64,000 nt of DNA, taken from the NCBI GenBank assembly GCA_963776345.1, contig CAVZMH010000016.1, positions 384,001-448,000 of the forward strand, read 5' to 3'. This document shows positions 40,046 through 50,040 of this stretch, one piece after another; position 1 is the stretch's first letter, and every line of letters begins with the position of its first letter. The DNA is from an uncultured delta proteobacterium. GTDB lineage: Bacteria > Myxococcota > Myxococcia > Myxococcales > Myxococcaceae. Below the pieces are notes generated by a model. That model saw nothing but the letters and a program-made list of their open reading frames with translations. It ran no database searches and was not told where the DNA came from. Both the position numbers and the translations under genes were made by a program.

Positions 40046-41281
40046 TCAGCGGACCTGGCGGAAGAAGCGCTCGGCCCGGAGGCCGGTGCCTCCCGTGAGG
40101 TCGGAGAGCAGCCCACCGTGGGAGAGCGACAGCCAGATGATCATCGCCTTCCCCTTGATGTTCCCGTAGGGGACGAAGACCACCTTCGGCTCGAGCCCCC
40201 CGCCGCCCAGGCCGTAGCGGCTGTCCGAGCTGTTGTCCCGGTTGTCCCCCATGACGAAGACCGAATGGGGAGGCACCACGTACTCGCCCGGAGGCTCGTC
40301 CGGACGGGGGGGCTCGGTGTGCAGGATCTCGTGGTCGCGGGTGCCGAGCCGCTCGGTCCAGAGGTCCAGGCGCTCCTTCCTCCAGGGCGAGCCGTCGTTG
40401 CTCTCCCAGACGTCGAGCTTGCGCTGCACCAGCTGTCCCGGGAGCACGTGCCCGTTCAGGTACACCGCGCCGTCGCGGAACCGGAGGACGTCTCCGGGGA
40501 TTCCCACCACCCGCTTGATGAAATCCTGCTTGGTGACCGGGTTCTCGAAGACGATCACGTCGCCCCGGTCCGGGCGGCGGACGATGGGGAACGGGACCAC
40601 GTTGGCGTAGGGGATGCGCACCCCGTAGATGAACTTGTTGACGAAGATCTGATCGCCCACCTGCAACGTGGGGAGCATCGAGGCGCTGGGGATCCGGAAC
40701 GGCTCGACGAAGATGGTGCGGATGAGGAGCGCCACCGCCAGCGCCTTGGCCAGCCCGATGCCGATGGCCAGGGCGTTCTGCTTCCGGAAGGCCGGGACCA
40801 GGCGCGTCGCCTGGTCCGACAGGGCGCGGATCTCCCGCTCCAGCTGCGCGGAGTCGCCGGCCGCGGTCGCCGCGTCCACCCTGGCCGCGAGGTCCACCAG
40901 CCGGTCGCGGGCGCCCGGGTCGTGCACGCTCGACAGCCCGGCCGAGAGCTCGGAGGTGAGCTCGCGCGCATCGTGCCGGAGCCGCCGGGCCTCGTTGCCC
41001 TTCCGGTCCGCCAGCCTCCAGACCAGGAGGCCCACGAACCAGGCCACCATCAGGAGCCCGAACCGCTGCATGACCGGGAGGGCCCCGGGGGCCGTGGAGG
41101 GGAACGACTCGATGAGGATCAGGTACGGGATGAGGGAGAGCGCCAGCACCGTGATCGGCGACCAGAGGCTGGTCCCGAGGTCGAACCAGTGCAGGCGCCG
41201 GCGGCGCGCGGCCTGCTCGGCGGTGCGGCGGGCCCCCAGCTCCGTCTCGAGAGGCGGGCGTTCCTGGACGCTGGTGGCCAT
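40046..41281 (-). CDS. lepB: Signal peptidase I with long N-terminal extension
   Basis: IPSASMLPTL, DFIKRVVG, MGDNRDNSSDSR. Confidence 0.95.
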   Translation of the reverse strand: MATSVQERPPLETELGARRTAEQAARRRRLHWFDLGTSLWSPITVLALSLIPYLILIESFPSTAPGALPVMQRFGLLMVAWFVGLLVWRLADRKGNEARRLRHDARELTSELSAGLSSVHDPGARDRLVDLAARVDAATAAGDSAQLEREIRALSDQATRLVPAFRKQNALAIGIGLAKALAVALLIRTIFVEPFRIPSASMLPTLQVGDQIFVNKFIYGVRIPYANVVPFPIVRRPDRGDVIVFENPVTKQDFIKRVVGIPGDVLRFRDGAVYLNGHVLPGQLVQRKLDVWESNDGSPWRKERLDLWTERLGTRDHEILHTEPPRPDEPPGEYVVPPHSVFVMGDNRDNSSDSRYGLGGGGLEPKVVFVPYGNIKGKAMIIWLSLSHGGLLSDLTGGTGLRAERFFRQVR

Positions 41282-41283
41282 GC

Positions 41284-43095
41284 CTAGCCTTCCGTCTTCA
41301 GCACCGCGAGGAAGGCCTCCTGCGGGATCTCCACCGAGCCCACCTGCTTCATCCGCTTCTTACCCTCCTTCTGCTTCTCCAGGAGCTTGCGCTTCCGGCT
41401 GATGTCGCCACCGTAGCACTTGGCCAGCACGTTCTTGCGCATGGCGGAGATGGTCTCCCGGGCGATGACCCGGCTGCCGATCGCCGCCTGGATGGCCACC
41501 TCGTACATCTGTTTGGGGATGACCTCCTTCAGCCGCGCGCACACGTCGCGCCCGCGCTGGTAGGCGCGATCGCGGTGCACGATGATGCTGAGGGCGTCCA
41601 CCGGGTCTCCGTTGATCAGCACGTCGAGCTTGACCAGGTCCGAGGTCTGGTAGCCGGCGAGCTCGTAGTCGAGGCTGGCGTAGCCCCGACTGACGCTCTT
41701 CAGCTTGTCGAAGAAGTCGAACACCACCTCGGACAGCGGCATTCCATAGGTCACCTGGACCCGCTTGCCCGAGCTGCCCAGGTACTTGATGTCCTTCTGC
41801 ACCCCACGCCGGTCCTGGCAGAGCTTGAGGATGGCGCCGAGGTACTCGTCCGGCACGTGGATGTGGCAGGTGAGGACCGGCTCCTCCATGTGCTCGATGT
41901 GCTGGGCGGCCGGGAGCTTGGCCGGGTTGTCCACCAGGAACTCCTCCCCCTTCACCGGGAAGACCTTGTAGACCACCGAGGGCGCGGTGGTGATGAGGCT
42001 CAGGCCGTACTCGCGCTCCAGCCGCTCCTGGACGATCTCCATGTGGAGCAGGCCGAGGTAGCCGCAGCGGAACCCGAAGCCGAGCGCGGTCGAGGTCTCG
42101 GGCTCGTAGGTGAAGGCGGAGTCGTTGAGCTGCAGCTTCTCCAGCGCGTCGCGGAGGTTCTCGTAGTCCGCCGAGTCGATGGGAAAGACGCCGCTGAATA
42201 CCATCGGCTTCACTTCCTGGAAGCCGGGGAACGCCTCGGCGGTGGGCCGCGCCGCCTCGGTGACGGTGTCGCCCACCTTGGCGTCGTGGATCTCCTTCAC
42301 GTTGGCGACCAGGATGCCCACCTCGCCGGCGATGAGGCGCGCCACCGGGCGGCTGAACGGGGAGTAGACCCCGAGCTCCTGCACCTCGAAGCGCTTGCCG
42401 TTCGCCATGAGGAGGATCTGCTGCTTCAGCTCCAGCGTCCCCTCGAGCACGCGGACCAGCACCACCACCCCTCGGTAGCTGTCGTACCAGCTGTCGAAGA
42501 TCAGGGCCTTGAGCGGCGCGGCCGGGTCGCCCTTCGGCGGCGGGACGCGGCTCACCACCGCCTCGAGGATCTCCTCGATCCCGATGCCCTCCTTGGCCGA
42601 GGCCGGGACGGCGGTGGAGGCGTCGATGCCGATGACGTCCTCGATCTCCGCGCGGGTCCTCGCCACGTCGGCCGAGGGGAGGTCGATCTTGTTGATGACC
42701 GGGATGACCTCCAGATTCTGGTCCAGGGCCATGTACACGTTGGCCAGGGTCTGGGCCTCCACGCCCTGCGAGGCGTCCACCACCAGGAGCGCCCCCTCGC
42801 ACGCGGCCAGCGAACGGCTGACCTCGTAGGCGAAGTCCACGTGGCCGGGCGTGTCGATGAGGTTCAGGACGTAGTCCTTCCCGTCCTTCGCCCGGTAGTG
42901 CATCCGGACCGACTGGGCCTTGATGGTGATGCCCCGCTCGCGCTCCAGCTCCATGTTGTCCAGGAACTGGGCCTGCGCCTCCCGCTGGCTCACCGTCCCG
43001 GTCCGGTCGAGCAGGCGGTCGGCCAGCGTCGACTTGCCGTGATCGATGTGGGCGATGATGCAGAAGTTGCGGAGGTGGGCGTTCTCGGCCGGCAT
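41284..43095 (-). CDS. lepA: Elongation factor 4
   Basis: [41 protein letters not shown]. Confidence 0.98.
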   Translation of the reverse strand: MPAENAHLRNFCIIAHIDHGKSTLADRLLDRTGTVSQREAQAQFLDNMELERERGITIKAQSVRMHYRAKDGKDYVLNLIDTPGHVDFAYEVSRSLAACEGALLVVDASQGVEAQTLANVYMALDQNLEVIPVINKIDLPSADVARTRAEIEDVIGIDASTAVPASAKEGIGIEEILEAVVSRVPPPKGDPAAPLKALIFDSWYDSYRGVVVLVRVLEGTLELKQQILLMANGKRFEVQELGVYSPFSRPVARLIAGEVGILVANVKEIHDAKVGDTVTEAARPTAEAFPGFQEVKPMVFSGVFPIDSADYENLRDALEKLQLNDSAFTYEPETSTALGFGFRCGYLGLLHMEIVQERLEREYGLSLITTAPSVVYKVFPVKGEEFLVDNPAKLPAAQHIEHMEEPVLTCHIHVPDEYLGAILKLCQDRRGVQKDIKYLGSSGKRVQVTYGMPLSEVVFDFFDKLKSVSRGYASLDYELAGYQTSDLVKLDVLINGDPVDALSIIVHRDRAYQRGRDVCARLKEVIPKQMYEVAIQAAIGSRVIARETISAMRKNVLAKCYGGDISRKRKLLEKQKEGKKRMKQVGSVEIPQEAFLAVLKTEG

Positions 43096-43178
43096 GCGAG
43101 GGTCTCGTGACGTCGCGGCGGCTCCCTAACACCCCGGGGAGCCAGGGCGCCACCGCCCCCCGGACCGCCGGCCGCGCC

Positions 43179-44108
43179 TCAGGCCTTCCCCGGTCGGTCG
43201 CGGAACCAGCCGACGGTGCGCTGGAGCCCCTCCTCGAGCGCCACGGTGGGACACCAGCCGAGCAGCTCGGCGGCGCGCGACGGGTCCACCGAGCTGCGCA
43301 TCTGCTCGCCGGGCTTGGCCGGGGCGTGCTGCGCGGGGCGGTCCGTGCCGGCCGCCCTGGCCAGCAGCGCGTGGAGGCGGTTCAGGTCGGTCTCCACGCC
43401 GGTGCCGATGTTGATCGGCCCCTGCACGTCGCGCTGGGCGGCGAGGAGGTTGGCCCGCGCCACATCCGGCCCGAAGACGAAGTCCCGGGTCTGCTGGCCG
43501 GTACCGTTGACGACGCAGGTCTCTCCCCGGAGCAGCCGCTCGGAGAAGATGGCCACCACCCCGGCCTCGCCGTGGGGATTCTGCCGCGGGCCGTAGACGT
43601 TGGCGTAGCGGAGCGCGACCGAGCCGAGCCCGTACTGCGCCCGGTAGTAGCCGAGGTACAGCTCGCCCGCGGCCTTGGAGACACCGTACGGCGAGACCGG
43701 CCGCGTCGGATGTGACTCGGGCGCCGGGAAGACGTCCTGCTCGCCGTAGATCGCGCCGCCGGTGGAGCTGAAGACCACCTTCCGGACGCCGGACCTCCGC
43801 GCCGCCTCGAGCAGGTTGAGGAACCCTCCGACGTTCACCTCGGCGTCGAGGCGCGGATCGGCCACCGAGCGCCGGACGTCCATCTGCGCCGCCAGGTGGC
43901 ACATCACCTCGAAGCGCTCCGACTCGACCAGCCGGGCCGCCTCGGGCGAGCGGATGTCGGCCACCACCAGCCGCACCTCGGGGCGGAGGTTCTCGCGCCG
44001 CCCGGTGGAGAGGTCGTCCAGGGCCCACACCTCGTGACCGGCGTCGAGGAAGACGTCGGTGACGTGGCTGCCGATGAACCCGGCGCCGCCGGTGACCAGG
44101 ACCTTCAC
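43179..44108 (-). CDS. NAD-dependent epimerase (UDP-glucose 4-epimerase-like)
   Basis: TGGAGFIGSH, SSTGGAIYG, YGVSK, RYANVYGPRQ. Confidence 0.92.
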   Translation of the reverse strand: MKVLVTGGAGFIGSHVTDVFLDAGHEVWALDDLSTGRRENLRPEVRLVVADIRSPEAARLVESERFEVMCHLAAQMDVRRSVADPRLDAEVNVGGFLNLLEAARRSGVRKVVFSSTGGAIYGEQDVFPAPESHPTRPVSPYGVSKAAGELYLGYYRAQYGLGSVALRYANVYGPRQNPHGEAGVVAIFSERLLRGETCVVNGTGQQTRDFVFGPDVARANLLAAQRDVQGPINIGTGVETDLNRLHALLARAAGTDRPAQHAPAKPGEQMRSSVDPSRAAELLGWCPTVALEEGLQRTVGWFRDRPGKA

Positions 44109-45088
44109 CGCCGTGCGCCCCTGGCCTCGGCGGGGCGGCCCGCGACCCCGGCCAGGCCACGGAAATAGGCGATGGTCTGCCCCAGTCCGTCGGTCAGCCT
44201 GGTGCGCGGCTCCCAGCCCAGCAGCTCCCGCGCCCGGGTGATGTCCGGACGCCGCCGCTGCGGGTCGTCCTTCGGGAGCGGCAGGTGGACAATCCTCCCT
44301 CCGCCCCCGGCAGCCTCGCGGACGGCCTCGGCGAACTGGAGGATGGTCATCTCCTCGGGGTTGCCGAGGTTCACCGGCTCCTGGACGTCGGAGAGCGCCA
44401 GCCGGACGAACCCATCCACCAGGTCCGCCACGTAGCAGAAGCTCCGGGTCTGGCTCCCGTCGCCGAAGACGGTGAAGTCCTCCCCGGCGAGCGCCTGGGC
44501 CACGAAGGCCGGCACCACCCGCCCGTCGTTCAGCCGCATCCGCGGCCCGTAGGTGTTGAAGATGCGGACGATGCGCACCGACATGCCGCGGCTCCGCCGG
44601 TACGCCGACACCAGCGCCTCGCCGTAGCGCTTCGCCTCGTCGTAGACCGAGCGCGGCCCGATGGGGTTCACGTTGCCCCAGTAGGACTCCCGCTGCGGAT
44701 GCTCGAGCGGATCCCCGTACACCTCCGAGGTGGAGGCCTGGAAGAACACCGCTCCCTTGCGGCGAGCCAGCTCTAGGCCGTGCTCGGTGCCGCGCGCGCC
44801 CACCCGCAGCGTCTCCAGCGGCAGCTGCGCGTAGTCGATGGGCGAGGCGGGCGAGGCGAGGTTGAAGACGTGATCCAGCGGGCCGTCCACATCGAACGGC
44901 TCGCAGATGTCTTGCACCACGTGCCGGAAGCGCGGGTTGGCGCGGATCTCGCGGAGGTTGGCCTCCGAGCCGGTGAGGAGGTTGTCGACCGAGACCACCG
45001 AGGCCGCACCGTCATGGAGCAGCCGCTCGCAGAGGTGAGATCCCAGGAAGCCGGCGCCTCCCAGCACCGCCACGTGCTTTCCGTGCAT
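44105..45088 (-). CDS. UDP-glucuronate decarboxylase-like SDR
   Basis: GGAGFLGSHL, ASPASP, STSEVYGDP, YDEAKR, RIFNTYGPRM. Confidence 0.92.
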   Translation of the reverse strand: MHGKHVAVLGGAGFLGSHLCERLLHDGAASVVSVDNLLTGSEANLREIRANPRFRHVVQDICEPFDVDGPLDHVFNLASPASPIDYAQLPLETLRVGARGTEHGLELARRKGAVFFQASTSEVYGDPLEHPQRESYWGNVNPIGPRSVYDEAKRYGEALVSAYRRSRGMSVRIVRIFNTYGPRMRLNDGRVVPAFVAQALAGEDFTVFGDGSQTRSFCYVADLVDGFVRLALSDVQEPVNLGNPEEMTILQFAEAVREAAGGGGRIVHLPLPKDDPQRRRPDITRARELLGWEPRTRLTDGLGQTIAYFRGLAGVAGRPAEARGARR

Positions 45089-45104
45089 GCCGTCCAAGGT
45101 GTGC

Positions 45105-45284
45105 CTACAGGTCCTCGAAGCTCGCCTGGCCGGGAAGATTGGACCGGTACTTCTCCAGGACGAGGTCGATGCCCTGCCGGATGTACTCCGCCACCGGGAC
45201 CTTGGTCTTCTCGTTCAGGAGCTTGAGCTGCGCGTTCTGCTCCGGGGTGATGTAGATCGTGGTGGACAGCTTCTTCCTGGGCAT
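45105..45284 (-). CDS. Ribbon-helix-helix DNA-binding protein
   Basis: 59 aa; STTIYIT beta strand followed by two helices (..VPVAEYIRQGIDLVL). Confidence 0.8.
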   Translation of the reverse strand: MPRKKLSTTIYITPEQNAQLKLLNEKTKVPVAEYIRQGIDLVLEKYRSNLPGQASFEDL

Positions 45285-45376
45285 GGCCACGGATGAACCT
45301 ACATGAAGGGTCATCCCCCGGCCATCGGCGGAGGGATGTGGACCTTTCGCCAGGGTCAGCCGTTCGGAGACAATGC

Positions 45377-45997
45377 ATGTCCATGAAAACGCTGGGATGC
45401 GTCCTGCTCGCGGGGGCTGTGCTGCTGGCGGCCGGGTGTGCCGGCCAGAAGGCGGTGGTCGCGCCGGCCGGCCAGAGCTCGGCCATCGGCACCGACATCC
45501 ACCAGCCCGTGGGCGAGGAGCACGTCCAGACCTTCGACCTGCACCGCACGGGAAAGCCCGACGTCTGGGTCTACTCCGTGACCACCCAGGACAGCACGGG
45601 CCGCTCGGTGGAGCGTCGGGTCCGCCAGGAGGCCGACCTGAACGGGGACGGCAAGGTGGACATCGTCTACTACTTCGACGCCGAGGGTCAGAAGACGAAG
45701 GAGACGATGGACCTCGACTACGACGGCAAGGTCGACGACACGCTCTACTTCGAGAAGGGCAAGAAGGTCCGCTCGGAGAAGGACCTCGACGGCGACGGCC
45801 GGGTCGACACCTGGAACTACTACGACGGCAACGAGAAGCTGGTCCGCAAGGAGCGGGACGTGAAGGGGAGCGGCAAGGTCGACTACTGGGAGTACTGGGA
45901 GAACGGCGCCATCGACCGGATCGGCGAGGACCTGGACGGCGACGGCCAGGTGGATCGCTGGACCAAGGGCGCCGACGCGGCGACCGCGGGCAAGTGA
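45377..45997 (+). CDS. Lipoprotein with repeated Dx(D/N)xDGxxD Ca-binding-type motifs
   Basis: Lipobox LAAGC; DLNGDGKVD, DLDYDGKVD, DLDGDGRVD, DLDGDGQVD. Confidence 0.8.
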   Translation: MSMKTLGCVLLAGAVLLAAGCAGQKAVVAPAGQSSAIGTDIHQPVGEEHVQTFDLHRTGKPDVWVYSVTTQDSTGRSVERRVRQEADLNGDGKVDIVYYFDAEGQKTKETMDLDYDGKVDDTLYFEKGKKVRSEKDLDGDGRVDTWNYYDGNEKLVRKERDVKGSGKVDYWEYWENGAIDRIGEDLDGDGQVDRWTKGADAATAGK

Positions 45998-46181
45998 GCG
46001 GGGCCCGCCACCCAGGGACTCACAGCGGAGACCAGGCTGGTCGGTCCGAGGATCGCGCTGAAATCGCGGCCGAGGCCTAGGAGCGAGGAGGGAGCGGGGC
46101 TCGGGTCCCGTGACCGACGAGCGACGACGGGATCGGACGCGAGGGCAAGCGAGGACCGATCGACCAGCCTGGTTTCCGCTG

Positions 46182-46544
46182 TCAGGGCTTCGACGTCCCG
46201 GCCCGGCCGTACGAGTCCTCGAGTCGGACCACGTCGTCCAGCTCGGGAGTGCTGACCTCGAGCACGTCGCAGTCGGTGAGCGCCACCATCCGGTGCTTCA
46301 TCAGCGGCTTCACGTGGTAGCTCTCGCCGGGCTTCAGCTCGCGCTCGATCAACCCCGCTCCCTCGTCCACCACGAACAGGAGCCGTCCGTTCTGGACGTG
46401 GATCGTCTCGTCCTTCTTCTGGTGGTACTGGAGCGAGAGCTTGTGGCCCTGGGTGATGTGCAGCAGCTTGCCCACGTACCGATCGGTGTGCGCCCAGATC
46501 AGCTCGTAGCCCCAGGGCTTCTCCACCCGTCGTGTCGTGCTCAT
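46182..46544 (-). CDS. Cupin protein (mannose-6-phosphate isomerase type II-like)
   Basis: VEKPWG, LSLQYH, HRM, DDVVRLEDSYGR. Confidence 0.87.
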   Translation of the reverse strand: MSTTRRVEKPWGYELIWAHTDRYVGKLLHITQGHKLSLQYHQKKDETIHVQNGRLLFVVDEGAGLIERELKPGESYHVKPLMKHRMVALTDCDVLEVSTPELDDVVRLEDSYGRAGTSKP

Positions 46545-46556
46545 CGCTCTTGTCGC

Positions 46557-47384
46557 TCACCTGGTCGACGCGACGAAGGCCTCCGCCTGCGTCTCGCGCT
46601 TGAAGTCCTGGAGGTAACGGGTGGCGGCATCCTTGGTGGGGAAGCTCCCCATCCGCACCCGGTACCAGGTCCCCTTCCCGGGAACCTCCGCGGCCACGAT
46701 GTACGGCGCGTAGCCCTTCTCGCGCAAGCGGCTTGCCTGGCGCTCGGCGTCGTCCCGGCTGGGACTGGCTCCGAGCTGCAGGGTGAAGGCTCCGGTCGCG
46801 CTGGTCGCCTCGGGGACCTTGGGCGCGGGGTGAGCGGCGGCGGCGGGAGCGGTCCGGGTCGCCACCGACTCCGGGCGGGCCTGGGTCGACGGCGAGGCGG
46901 GCTCGGACTTCACCTCGGGCTTCTTCTCGGGCTCGGCCTTCTTCGCGACCTCGGGCTTGCGGTCCGAGGGCTTCGGGTCGACCGCGGCGGCGCGCGGCGG
47001 CGGGGCCGGCTTGCTCGCGGCAGGCGGGGCGGCGGCGGACGGAGCGCTCGCAGCTGGAGTCGAGCCGGACGACGTCGCGGGAGCGGACGGAGCCGGAGCG
47101 CGCGCCATCGTCGGAGCGGCCGGCGTGGGCTTGGTCAGCTCCTCCTGGAAGGTCAGCGGGGGCGCGGCACGGGCTCGCTCCAGCGCGTCGGACTTGTGGT
47201 CGAGCGCGGTCAGCAGATCCGGCGCGCGGTCGCTGCGCGGCGTCCCGGCGAGCTTCTTGCCCACCAGCACCCCGAGAACGAAGACCGCGCCAAGCACCAC
47301 GATGCCGCCGATCAGCAGGCTGACCACCTGCCGGCTGTCCAGCGACAGGTCGTACTTCTCCCGCATCCGGTGGGCGTCGCGCAT
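46557..47384 (-). CDS. SPOR-domain cell division protein (FtsN/DedD-like)
   Basis: One TM helix, Pro/Ala linker, FTLQLGA...WYRVRMGSF. Confidence 0.87.
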   Translation of the reverse strand: MRDAHRMREKYDLSLDSRQVVSLLIGGIVVLGAVFVLGVLVGKKLAGTPRSDRAPDLLTALDHKSDALERARAAPPLTFQEELTKPTPAAPTMARAPAPSAPATSSGSTPAASAPSAAAPPAASKPAPPPRAAAVDPKPSDRKPEVAKKAEPEKKPEVKSEPASPSTQARPESVATRTAPAAAAHPAPKVPEATSATGAFTLQLGASPSRDDAERQASRLREKGYAPYIVAAEVPGKGTWYRVRMGSFPTKDAATRYLQDFKRETQAEAFVASTR

Positions 47385-47400
47385 CAAGACATCGAGAGGA

Positions 47401-48579
47401 TTACGCCCGGCTCCGGAGGGGGTCAAATTCCCCGGTGGTGGTTCCTCGCTCCCGGGCGAGCGCATTCCACGCGCCACAGCCCGGGCAGCGGAAGTCGAAG
47501 GTGCGGAAACGCGCGCGGCAGCTGCTGCAGCGGAAGGCGAGGAGCGGGTCGCCCAGCCGGCGCAGCACCTCGCGGTACTCGGCGCGCACCGAGTCCAGCT
47601 GCCCGGTGGAGAGGATCAGCTCCCCGAGCGCGCGCCGGGCCTCCACCGAGCGCGGCGTCCGCGCCACCGCCGCCTGCAGCACGCCGACCGCCTCCTGCTG
47701 CTGGCCGGCGTCGATCAGCGCCTGGGCCCGGACCAGCGACACCGGGAGCGCGCGCTCGCCGAGCGGCTCCTCCAGCTCGCCGAGCCACCGCGCACACTCC
47801 TCGGCGCTCGCCCCCGCCTCCATCGCCAGCCGGAAGCCCTCGGCGGCGGTCTCGGGCTCCCGCGCCACCGCCTCCTGCGCCGCGGACCGCGCGCCCGGCG
47901 CATCGCCCGAGGCGAGCCGGGCCCGGGAAAGCGCGAGCAGCCCGTGCTCGCCGTCCGGAACCAGCGAGGTGGCACGCTCGGCCAGCGCCAGCGCCCGGGC
48001 AGGGTCCGCCGCGGCGGCGGCCAGCGACTGCTCGGCCAGGAGGTGCGCCAGGACGTCCTCGCCGCTCCCCCCCTCCGCGACGAGCAGCTCCTGGATCTCC
48101 ACCGCGCGTGCCCAGTCGCGGCTCTCCTCCAAGAACCGGCGGAACGCCGCCAGCGCCTCGGGCTGGAGCGGCGGATCGGCCACCAGCGCCTCGAAGGTCT
48201 CGCGGGCCCGGTCCTGCATCCCGGCGCGCCGGTAGTCGAGCGCCAGCTCCAGGCGGGCCCGCCGCCGCACGTCCGGCTGCAGCTGGGGCTTGAGCAGCAT
48301 GTTCTGGCCGAGGCGGATGGCCCAGGCCAGCTCGCCCTTGCGCCGCATCAGCGCCGCCAGGGCGAAGTAGGTCTCGGTGGTGCCGGTGTTGAGCTGCGCG
48401 GCGCGGGACAGCTCGGCGATGGCGGCGTCCGGCTCGTCCGAGAGCACGTAGCGCACGCCCGCCAGGTACGCCCGGCTCGCGTCCTCGGTGTTCCGCTTGC
48501 GCGAGAGCGCGGCGAGCAGCGCCAGCACCGCCACCACCGCGGTGGCCGCGAGCACGGGAACGAGCAGAGCGGGGTCCAT
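47401..48579 (-). CDS. lapB: LapB/YciM-like TPR protein with C-terminal rubredoxin motif
   Basis: N-terminal TM, TPR helices, CSSC...CPGCGAW. Confidence 0.8.
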   Translation of the reverse strand: MDPALLVPVLAATAVVAVLALLAALSRKRNTEDASRAYLAGVRYVLSDEPDAAIAELSRAAQLNTGTTETYFALAALMRRKGELAWAIRLGQNMLLKPQLQPDVRRRARLELALDYRRAGMQDRARETFEALVADPPLQPEALAAFRRFLEESRDWARAVEIQELLVAEGGSGEDVLAHLLAEQSLAAAAADPARALALAERATSLVPDGEHGLLALSRARLASGDAPGARSAAQEAVAREPETAAEGFRLAMEAGASAEECARWLGELEEPLGERALPVSLVRAQALIDAGQQQEAVGVLQAAVARTPRSVEARRALGELILSTGQLDSVRAEYREVLRRLGDPLLAFRCSSCRARFRTFDFRCPGCGAWNALARERGTTTGEFDPLRSRA

Positions 48580-48594
48580 GGGCGACGCCCTGTC

Positions 48595-49098
48595 TCAAGG
48601 GCCGGAGAGCGCGGCCTCGAAGCGCGGGTGGAGCGCGTCCCAGCTCTGGTGCAGCGTCTCGATCATCACCTTGGACTCGGCCACCACGGGCATGAAGTTG
48701 GTGTCTCCTCGCCAGCGGGGGACGAGGTGCCAGTGGAGGTGGCCCTCGATTCCAGCCCCCGAGTCACGGCCGAGGTTCATGCCCAGGTTGGCCCCGCCGG
48801 GCCGGTACACCTCGCCGACGACGCGCACCGAGAGCTGCAGCAGACGCTGGAGGTCGTCGAGCTCCTCGGTGCCGAGCCCGGCGTAGTCGGCGGTGTGGCG
48901 CCGCGGCACCACCATGAGGTGCCCGTTGTTGTACGGGAAGCGGTTGAGGATGGCGAAGCTCCGGGCCGTCCGCCCGAGGACGAGGTTCTTCCGGTCGGCG
49001 TCGCGGCCGCTCTCGGCGGGGAAGCGGCAGAAGATGCACCCCTCCTCCTTGGGCGCGTCGATGAACTCGCGCCGCCAGGGAGCCCAGAGGTGGTCCAT
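48595..49098 (-). CDS. HIT family nucleotide hydrolase
   Basis: LWAPWR, CIFC, NRFPYNNGH, HLHWH. Confidence 0.92.
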   Translation of the reverse strand: MDHLWAPWRREFIDAPKEEGCIFCRFPAESGRDADRKNLVLGRTARSFAILNRFPYNNGHLMVVPRRHTADYAGLGTEELDDLQRLLQLSVRVVGEVYRPGGANLGMNLGRDSGAGIEGHLHWHLVPRWRGDTNFMPVVAESKVMIETLHQSWDALHPRFEAALSGP

Positions 49099-50027
49099 CA
49101 GGGCTCTCCCGTGCCCGGGGACGACATCAGGAGCCTGGGCCCCGGCGCGGAGAGCACCTCGCCGACCCGGACGGACAGCGCGTGCACCAGCGACTGCGCC
49201 TCTTCACCGAACATGGCGCGGAAGAGCGGCCGGTCCTTGGTGGGGTACTCGATGCGGGGCTCGCCACGGATGCCGCCGAGCTTCCCGGCCTCGCGCACCG
49301 CGTCCTGGAGCCCGCCGAGCTCGTCGACCAGCTTGAGCTCCTTCGCCTTCCGCCCGGTGAAGACCCGCCCGTCGGCGACCTTGCGGACCTCCTCCTCGGG
49401 GAGCTTCCGCGACTCGGCGACCGCGCCGATGAACTGGGCGTGCACGTCGTCGAGCATGGCCTGGAAGTACGACCGCTCCTCCGAGCTCATGTCGCGGAAC
49501 GGGCTGCCCGCGTCCTTCAGCTTCCCGGCGGTGATGGTGCGCATGTCCACCCCGGCCCACTTGAGGAAGCCGGAGACGTTGGGGAACTCGGAGATGACAC
49601 CGATGCTGCCGGTGAGCGTGCCCGGGTTGGCGAAGATCTTCTCGCCGCCCATGGCGATGTAGAAGCCGCCGGACGCAGCGATGGAGCCCATGCTGGCGAG
49701 GACGTGCTTCTTCTTCTGGAGCCGCCGCATCGCCTCGAAGATCTCCTGCGAGGGCCCCACCGCTCCGCCGGGGCTGTCGATCCGGACGACGATGGCGCGG
49801 ATGCGCGAATCCTCGGCGAACTCGCGCAGCTCCTTGAGGGTGGTCTTCTCGTCGGCGATGACGCCGGTGACCTCCACCACCCCCACCCGTTCACCCCCGG
49901 CGCGGGCCATCACGTTCCCGCCCCTTCCCCCCTGGACGGCGATCCAGGCCAGGGCCATGAAGACGAAGAGACAGAGGAAGAGGCCTCCGAAGACGAGGCC
50001 GAGGATCCAGGCAGCGCGTCGGTCCAT
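49098..50027 (-). CDS. sppA: Signal peptide peptidase (short form)
   Basis: RIDSPGG, AASGGFY, TGSIGV, DGRVFTG. Confidence 0.93.
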   Translation of the reverse strand: MDRRAAWILGLVFGGLFLCLFVFMALAWIAVQGGRGGNVMARAGGERVGVVEVTGVIADEKTTLKELREFAEDSRIRAIVVRIDSPGGAVGPSQEIFEAMRRLQKKKHVLASMGSIAASGGFYIAMGGEKIFANPGTLTGSIGVISEFPNVSGFLKWAGVDMRTITAGKLKDAGSPFRDMSSEERSYFQAMLDDVHAQFIGAVAESRKLPEEEVRKVADGRVFTGRKAKELKLVDELGGLQDAVREAGKLGGIRGEPRIEYPTKDRPLFRAMFGEEAQSLVHALSVRVGEVLSAPGPRLLMSSPGTGEP

Positions 50028-50040
50028 GGCTCCGTCGCTT

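Noticed and set aside
45105..45284. RHH protein as a toxin-antitoxin antitoxin
   Set aside because: No toxin-like neighbour; the next gene is a sugar-nucleotide enzyme.
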